From positions 1-37,578 of the forward strand of contig CAYJAE010000001.1 in the NCBI GenBank assembly GCA_964368105.1: a DNA stretch of 37,578 nucleotides, in the 5' to 3' direction. Both the position numbers and the translations under genes were made by a program. Shown piece by piece: positions 32,998 to 37,578 of this stretch. This stretch comes from an uncultured Staphylococcaceae bacterium (lineage in GTDB: Bacteria; Bacillota_I; Bacilli_A; RFN20; CAG-826). The notes beneath the pieces are model-generated. The model saw only the letters and a program-made list of their open reading frames with translations. It was not told the origin of the DNA and ran no database searches. Within the stretch, counting starts at the first letter, position 1. Every line of letters begins with the position of its first letter.

Positions 32998-33507
32998 ATG
33001 AACCGAAAAGAAAGACTTAAAGTATTAAAAGCAAAAGAGGCGCAAATTGTCGCTAAATTAGCGGAATCTGACTATAATGTCGTCTTAACGAACGAAGATT
33101 TTAAAGATAACCATTTAGTCGCAACAGGATATTTAAAAATAAAAGATAGTATTATTACCACTAACCTTGATCAGAAATTAGTGATAGAAATTCCTTCCGA
33201 AGAAAGTGAAAATTTTAAGAGTGACTTAGAACATAACGTTGCGCTTGAATTAAAGTCGCTTCAAAAACAAAAACATTTAATAAGAGTCCAAGCTTTAATC
33301 TTATTAATCGTTGGTGTTGTTTGGTTTATCGCTACCCAATTTTTACGGAAGTACGAAATTATAAATGAGATTATGGTTATTACAACGTGGGTCTTTATTT
33401 GGGCCGCGGCGGAAAAATTCTTTTTCGAACAAACCGCGCTGCACGCACCACGAATTCGGCTCTTAATGCTCCTTGATGCCGAAATAAAGATTAGTGAAAA
33501 TAAATAG
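32998..33507 (+). CDS. Hypothetical membrane protein with an N-terminal soluble part and a C-terminal two-TM hairpin
   Basis: 169 aa with TM segments ALILLIVGVVWFIATQFL and IMVITTWVFIWAAA. The SD AAGAGGT lies 12 nt upstream, which is long spacing. No motif recognised. Confidence 0.5.
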   Translation: MNRKERLKVLKAKEAQIVAKLAESDYNVVLTNEDFKDNHLVATGYLKIKDSIITTNLDQKLVIEIPSEESENFKSDLEHNVALELKSLQKQKHLIRVQALILLIVGVVWFIATQFLRKYEIINEIMVITTWVFIWAAAEKFFFEQTALHAPRIRLLMLLDAEIKISENK

Positions 33508-33591
33508 GAAAATATCAAAATAGGCAAAATTCAAACGTTATTTGAAAACATGTTATAATTATTAATGATAGTTATTTAAGGAATGTAAATT

Positions 33592-34713
33592 ATGTTAAAT
33601 GTAGTTCAAGTAACCAAAAAAAGACAACTTAAAAAATTTATTAATTTTCCCCTCAAACTTTATAAGGGTGTCAAAGAATATACCCCTTATCTTTATGAAG
33701 ATGAATTAACTAATTTAACCCCTGGCAAGAACCCGGCTTCTGAATGGTGCGATTTTAACCTTTTTTTAGTCTATGAAGGTGATGTAATTGTCGGCCGTAT
33801 CTGCGGCATTATTAGCCATTATGCAAACAAAAAATACAACCGAAAAAGAGTCCGTTTTAATCGGATCGATATGATTGACGACCTTAACGTTACGAAAGCC
33901 CTAATTGACGCAGTAGCAGAATGGGGTAAAAGTCAAGGCATGACGGAAATCGTTGGTCCCCTAGGATATAGTGATCAAGATAAAGAAGGACTACTTGTTG
34001 ATGGGTTTGAATACATGAACATGTTTGCAACGCTCTATCATTTTCCGTATTATCAAGAGCATTTTCTTGCTTTGGGTTTTGTGGTCGACGCAACTTGGGT
34101 TGAAAATCGCATCGCCATCCCAAAAGAAATTGATGAACGTTTTCAACGCGTTAGTGAACAGGTCCTTAAACGCACTAATCTTCACGTTGTCGAACTTAAA
34201 AACAAGGCTAAATTGCGGCCGTATATCGTCAAAATGCTCACTTTAACGAATATTGCTTACGCTGATTTATATGGTTATGTGCCAATTACTGAAAGACTTA
34301 TGAAGTTTTTAACAAACCAATATTTACCTTTGATAAACTTAAGATATTTAATTTTAATTGCCGATGATAATGATGAAGTAAAAGCTTTTGGTCTTGCTAT
34401 TCCTTCACCTATCTTTGCTCTTAAGAAAATTAAGGGGAGACTATACCCCTTTGGATTTATCTCTTTCTTAAGATCACTCAAAAAGTCAAAACAACTTGAT
34501 ATGTTGCTTGTTGCTATTTCCCCTGAACTTAGAAATAGTGGACTAGCCAATACACTTTTATACGAAGGAATGAAACATGCAATTGAAGACGGGATAGAAT
34601 ACGCTGAAACCGGCCCGCAACTTGAATACAATCTCCCAATCCAAAACATGTGGCGAAAATTTGATTCAATCAATCATAAAAAACGTGTCTGCTACTTGCG
34701 GCCAATCGCCTAG
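33592..34713 (+). CDS. GNAT-fold acyltransferase-like protein (373 aa), substrate unknown
   Basis: The C-terminal segment LLVAISPELRNSGLANTLLYEGM fits GNAT motif A (R-x-x-G-x-A). No closer family assignment is possible by eye. Confidence 0.5.
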   Translation: MLNVVQVTKKRQLKKFINFPLKLYKGVKEYTPYLYEDELTNLTPGKNPASEWCDFNLFLVYEGDVIVGRICGIISHYANKKYNRKRVRFNRIDMIDDLNVTKALIDAVAEWGKSQGMTEIVGPLGYSDQDKEGLLVDGFEYMNMFATLYHFPYYQEHFLALGFVVDATWVENRIAIPKEIDERFQRVSEQVLKRTNLHVVELKNKAKLRPYIVKMLTLTNIAYADLYGYVPITERLMKFLTNQYLPLINLRYLILIADDNDEVKAFGLAIPSPIFALKKIKGRLYPFGFISFLRSLKKSKQLDMLLVAISPELRNSGLANTLLYEGMKHAIEDGIEYAETGPQLEYNLPIQNMWRKFDSINHKKRVCYLRPIA

Positions 34714-34715
34714 AG

Positions 34716-35963
34716 GTGATGATGAAGCGAAAAATAGTACGAAAAAGGCATCAATTCCTTGTCACAGTCGCTAATTTCCTTATCGTACCTTTTTTGCGCA
34801 GAAAAGCCGGCTTTATTCAAAAAAAAGTTGACGTTCGCCATTTAGAACCGTTTATTGTCGTTAGTAATCACGTTTCCGCCTTTGATCCAATCTTTGTAAC
34901 AGGCACTTTTCGTCGCCAAATTTATTACATGGCAAGTGAATTAACTTTCTCTAAAGGACTTATTTCTCGCCTTTTAGTTTGGGCATTTTCGCCTATTCCT
35001 AAATCAAAAGGTCAAACCGATGTTGGCAGTGTCAAAATGATGATTAAAACGAGTAACGAAGGCGGTAATATCGGAGTCTTTCTTGAAGGAGACTCTACAA
35101 TTACTGGGACCGTCAGCGACATTCCAACTGGAATTGGCAAACTTGTCAAAATGCTGAAACGGCCATTAATTATTTATAATTTTCATGGTGGTTATTTAAG
35201 TAATCCACGTTGGAGTAGCGCTAAGCGGAAAAAACGGCGGGTTAGCGGGGAAATAAAACAAATTTTAACCTATGATGACTACAAAGATTTAAGTGTTGAC
35301 GAAATAAATACCTTAGTGAATGAGTCAATTAGTGTTAACGCCTATGAAGATGGCGATAACTTTGCGTTTACTGGAAAACGTAACGCTGAAGGACTTGGAC
35401 GGCTCTTATGGATGTGCCCGCACTGCGGCGGGGTCAATACATTACGGGCAAAAGGTAACACCTTTAATTGTACAGCTTGTGATTTTACTAGTATTTATAA
35501 CAGTCACGGTTATTTAGAGAGTAGTAAGTTTAGCGCCCCTAAAAACTTGGTGGAACTTGACGAAACAAATAAACTTGCTTATCAAGATTATATTTTGGCG
35601 CATCCGGATTATGAATTAAGTGAAAGTGGCCGGTTTTTAGAAGTATTTCGGAAAAGACGGAGACGGTTTGGCGAAGCAAAAATTACTCTAAGTAAAGAAG
35701 GACTAAAAATCGACTTTAAACGGAAAGAGGTCGCTAATATTTTTTATCCCTTTGATGCATTAGAGTCGATGGAAATGCAGCAAAAAGAAGTGTTAATTAT
35801 TTATTTAAAACATGAACAAACAAAAATGCTTAATATTCCCAACACTCACATCGCCGGCGCATATGAATTTATTGTTGCTTTTCAAATCTTTAAAAATATC
35901 ATTGAACAATCCGCAAACAGTGAAACAATTAAAAAATTAGAACCTAATCAAATGGGTTTGTAG
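34716..35963 (+). CDS. PlsC-family (lysophospholipid) acyltransferase with a ~200-aa C-terminal extension containing a zinc-ribbon
   Basis: HX4D motif VSNHVSAFDP, a FLEGDS block (EGTR-like), then CPHCGG-x14-CTACDF. The start is uncertain among GTG 34716, ATG 34719 and ATG 34722. Confidence 0.7.
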   Translation: MMMKRKIVRKRHQFLVTVANFLIVPFLRRKAGFIQKKVDVRHLEPFIVVSNHVSAFDPIFVTGTFRRQIYYMASELTFSKGLISRLLVWAFSPIPKSKGQTDVGSVKMMIKTSNEGGNIGVFLEGDSTITGTVSDIPTGIGKLVKMLKRPLIIYNFHGGYLSNPRWSSAKRKKRRVSGEIKQILTYDDYKDLSVDEINTLVNESISVNAYEDGDNFAFTGKRNAEGLGRLLWMCPHCGGVNTLRAKGNTFNCTACDFTSIYNSHGYLESSKFSAPKNLVELDETNKLAYQDYILAHPDYELSESGRFLEVFRKRRRRFGEAKITLSKEGLKIDFKRKEVANIFYPFDALESMEMQQKEVLIIYLKHEQTKMLNIPNTHIAGAYEFIVAFQIFKNIIEQSANSETIKKLEPNQMGL

Positions 35964-35995
35964 TATAAATTCAGAATACTCAAAGGAGGTAACTT

Positions 35996-37489
35996 ATGAG
36001 GAATCTATTATTCTTCGCTCAACAAACACACGACTATTTGTATTTTTGGGCACCGATTTTTCAACTAGGCGTTATCGGGGCATTAATTTTAATCGGTAAT
36101 ACCTTACGGCGCAAGATACCGCTATTAAGGCGCTATCTAATTCCAACCGGACTTTTAGCTGGTTTTATTGGGCTGGGGCTTAAATATTTATTTAGTGCCC
36201 TAAAACTTAATCTTAGTGGGATGCCGATAATTGATGAAGACTATATGCACTTTATTACTTATCATATGCTGGCGATTGGTTTTATTGCCTTGGGGCTTAT
36301 CAGCGCAACCCAGGTCAAGAAAGTCAAGGATGGACGCGCACTTAAATCCGGGGCATTTATTGTTGGTGGATATTTAATTCAAGGGGTACTTGGTGTTTTA
36401 CTAAGTGTCATTGTTGGATTAATTTTTGCTAATTCGGCGGTTGCTAAAGCACCTTATTCCGGTATTATCTTACCACTTGGGTTTGGACAAGGACCTGGCC
36501 AAGCTGGCAACACTGGGTATATTTATGAAACTTTAACCGGTGAATTCGAGCAATATGCCTTACAAGGTGGTCGAGACTTTGGACTTACTGTCGCGGCGAT
36601 TGGAATCTTAGTTGCTTCCGTTATTGGAACAATTATCTTAAACGTCGTTGCCCGCAAAAAGTTAGTGGTTCGGAGAGGCAGTGATACAACTGAAGCTTTT
36701 GGTGACTTAGAAAAGAGTTCCCATGTTGAAGAAAGTGACGAAATTCCAGTCGTTGAATCAGTTGATAAATTTTCAATTCAAGTCGCTTTTGTTCTTGCAA
36801 CTTACTTAATTACTTTCGGGGTTATTTCCCTTGTTAGCTATTTAGTTGTTGATTTAATTGGCTTTGCAGCAGGACAAGGTCTCATTTGGGGCTTTAACTT
36901 CCTCTTTGCAATCTTGGTCACGATGCTAGTGAAGCTCGTACTTAACTTCTTACGCAAGAAGAAAATTATGAAGCGTAAATACATTAATAACTTTATGCAA
37001 AACCGAATTGCCGGCTTTGCCTTTGACTTTATGATTGCCGCGGCGATTATGTCGATTAACTTTGGTAAACTAGGTGAAGCAAGTCTCTGGGTTTTAATTG
37101 TTGTAATGGCAGTGCTTGGAACAATCGTTACTTACTTCTTTACTGACTTTGTTTCGAAAAATTACTTTGCAAGCACGAGATGGTACACCTTCTTTGCTTT
37201 CTTTGGCATGCTGACCGGAACGACAAGTGAAGGAATTGCCCTCTTACGCGAAATTGATCCTAACTTTGAAACAGGCGTCGCCGAAGACATGGTTAATGGC
37301 AGTGGAACTGCTGCAATGTTTGGGGCGCCAATGCTCTTAATAACGGCCTTTATCTATCGCGGGACAGTTTGGCTCTGGGTTTCCTTTGGGCTTTTAATTG
37401 TCTTATTCTTTGGAATTATGGCTTTTCTCCACATCTTTGCTAAACATAAAGAAAAGCAACTTGCTAAGGCTGAGCCTGAAGAAAATTAA
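35996..37489 (+). CDS. GltS-like (ESS family) sodium:amino-acid symporter with an inserted central loop
   Basis: Polytopic, 497 aa. LRRKIPLLRRYLIPTGLLAGF resembles E. coli GltS LGRK..FLKKYTIPEPVAGGL. GFGQGPGQAG and GMLTGTTSEGIALLREI resemble the GltS GGHGTGAA and GLGATPTAIANMQAI blocks. AAAGGAGGT is the SD. Confidence 0.55.
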   Translation: MRNLLFFAQQTHDYLYFWAPIFQLGVIGALILIGNTLRRKIPLLRRYLIPTGLLAGFIGLGLKYLFSALKLNLSGMPIIDEDYMHFITYHMLAIGFIALGLISATQVKKVKDGRALKSGAFIVGGYLIQGVLGVLLSVIVGLIFANSAVAKAPYSGIILPLGFGQGPGQAGNTGYIYETLTGEFEQYALQGGRDFGLTVAAIGILVASVIGTIILNVVARKKLVVRRGSDTTEAFGDLEKSSHVEESDEIPVVESVDKFSIQVAFVLATYLITFGVISLVSYLVVDLIGFAAGQGLIWGFNFLFAILVTMLVKLVLNFLRKKKIMKRKYINNFMQNRIAGFAFDFMIAAAIMSINFGKLGEASLWVLIVVMAVLGTIVTYFFTDFVSKNYFASTRWYTFFAFFGMLTGTTSEGIALLREIDPNFETGVAEDMVNGSGTAAMFGAPMLLITAFIYRGTVWLWVSFGLLIVLFFGIMAFLHIFAKHKEKQLAKAEPEEN

Positions 37490-37517
37490 TTAATAGTTTT
37501 TTATTAGTCTACGTAGT

Positions 37518-37548
37518 AGCCTGAGAAATTACCTTCTCAGGCTTTTTT
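37518..37548 (+). terminator. Rho-independent terminator after the symporter gene
   Basis: AGCCTGAGAA-attacc-TTCTCAGGCT followed by TTTTT. Confidence 0.8.
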
Positions 37549-37578
37549 CATCTTTTTACGCTTTGTATATTTACGATA

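Noticed and set aside
2211-35517. About 30 short ORFs of 60-130 aa in the six-frame track lie inside, or antisense to, the long genes. Examples: 2211-2402, 2778-2987, 8363-8578, 8746-9012, 10718-11307, 13010-13219, 13958-14454, 15897-16091, 17021-17641, 18511-19247, 20359-20589, 20722-20943, 23453-24303, 24704-25567, 27661-28268, 29944-30198, 33261-33527, 33890-34673, 35320-35517.
   Set aside because: Each is fully nested in, or overlaps, a longer ORF with clear family motifs. They lack SD sequences and have low-complexity or hydrophobic compositions typical of off-frame translation of AT-rich coding DNA.
1-37578. A search by eye for CRISPR arrays, IS elements or transposases, integrases, rRNA genes, prophage genes and known defence-system proteins.
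   Set aside because: None were found. The only DNA-level repeat is the 420-bp tandem duplication inside a lipoprotein gene. No ORF shows DDE or tyrosine/serine recombinase, Cas, restriction-modification or STAND/helicase defence motifs.

Overview
This is a 37.6-kb AT-rich chromosomal window from a low-GC monoderm that uses the standard genetic code. TGA acts as a stop at 4547-4549, 10310-10312 and 30820-30822. The gene content includes an RNA polymerase delta subunit, a ychF-argS-rpoE-fba backbone, ktrAB, dps, feoAB, many Cys-lipobox proteins and a nuclease anchored by a C-terminal TM helix. No LPXTG motifs or cell-wall genes are visible. This suggests an Acholeplasma-like Mycoplasmatota or a closely related Bacillota genome, but that is only a guess from gene content.

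Layout:
- 1-4549: an FtsX/MacB-type ABC module made of one split and one fused ATPase-permease half.
- 4552-6953 (minus): a YtrA-like GntR regulator, ABC ATPase and permease operon.
- 7197-16207 (plus): csp, ychF, argS, then a tightly coupled rpoE-fba-nrnA-like-IMPase/CysQ-like run ending in two paralogous lipoprotein 5'-nucleotidases.
- 16215-29358: a neighbourhood rich in large acidic surface proteins. It holds lipoproteins of 344, 941, 605 and 322 aa and a 741-aa membrane-anchored endonuclease I/LTD nuclease. It is interrupted by a HAD hydrolase, tRNA-Thr, a solo Phd/YefM antitoxin, tRNA-Arg and ktrBA.
- 29368-29791: a 424-nt gap containing an unannotated compact transcription unit with a 20-codon ORF.
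- 29792-33507: dps, tRNA-Val, feoA, feoB, a small Cys-rich protein missing from the ORF track, and a 2-TM protein.
- 33592-37489: a GNAT-fold protein, a PlsC-like acyltransferase and a GltS-like symporter.

I saw no CRISPR array, IS element, integrase, rRNA or recognisable defence system.

The best candidates for something undescribed are:
- the small-peptide/sRNA unit next to dps;
- the modular lipoprotein family (five ~180-aa modules plus a one-module paralogue);
- the recently duplicated 420-bp repeat lipoprotein;
- the GNAT/PlsC-like/symporter trio.

All functional readings of these are hypotheses. No database searches or fold predictions were possible here.
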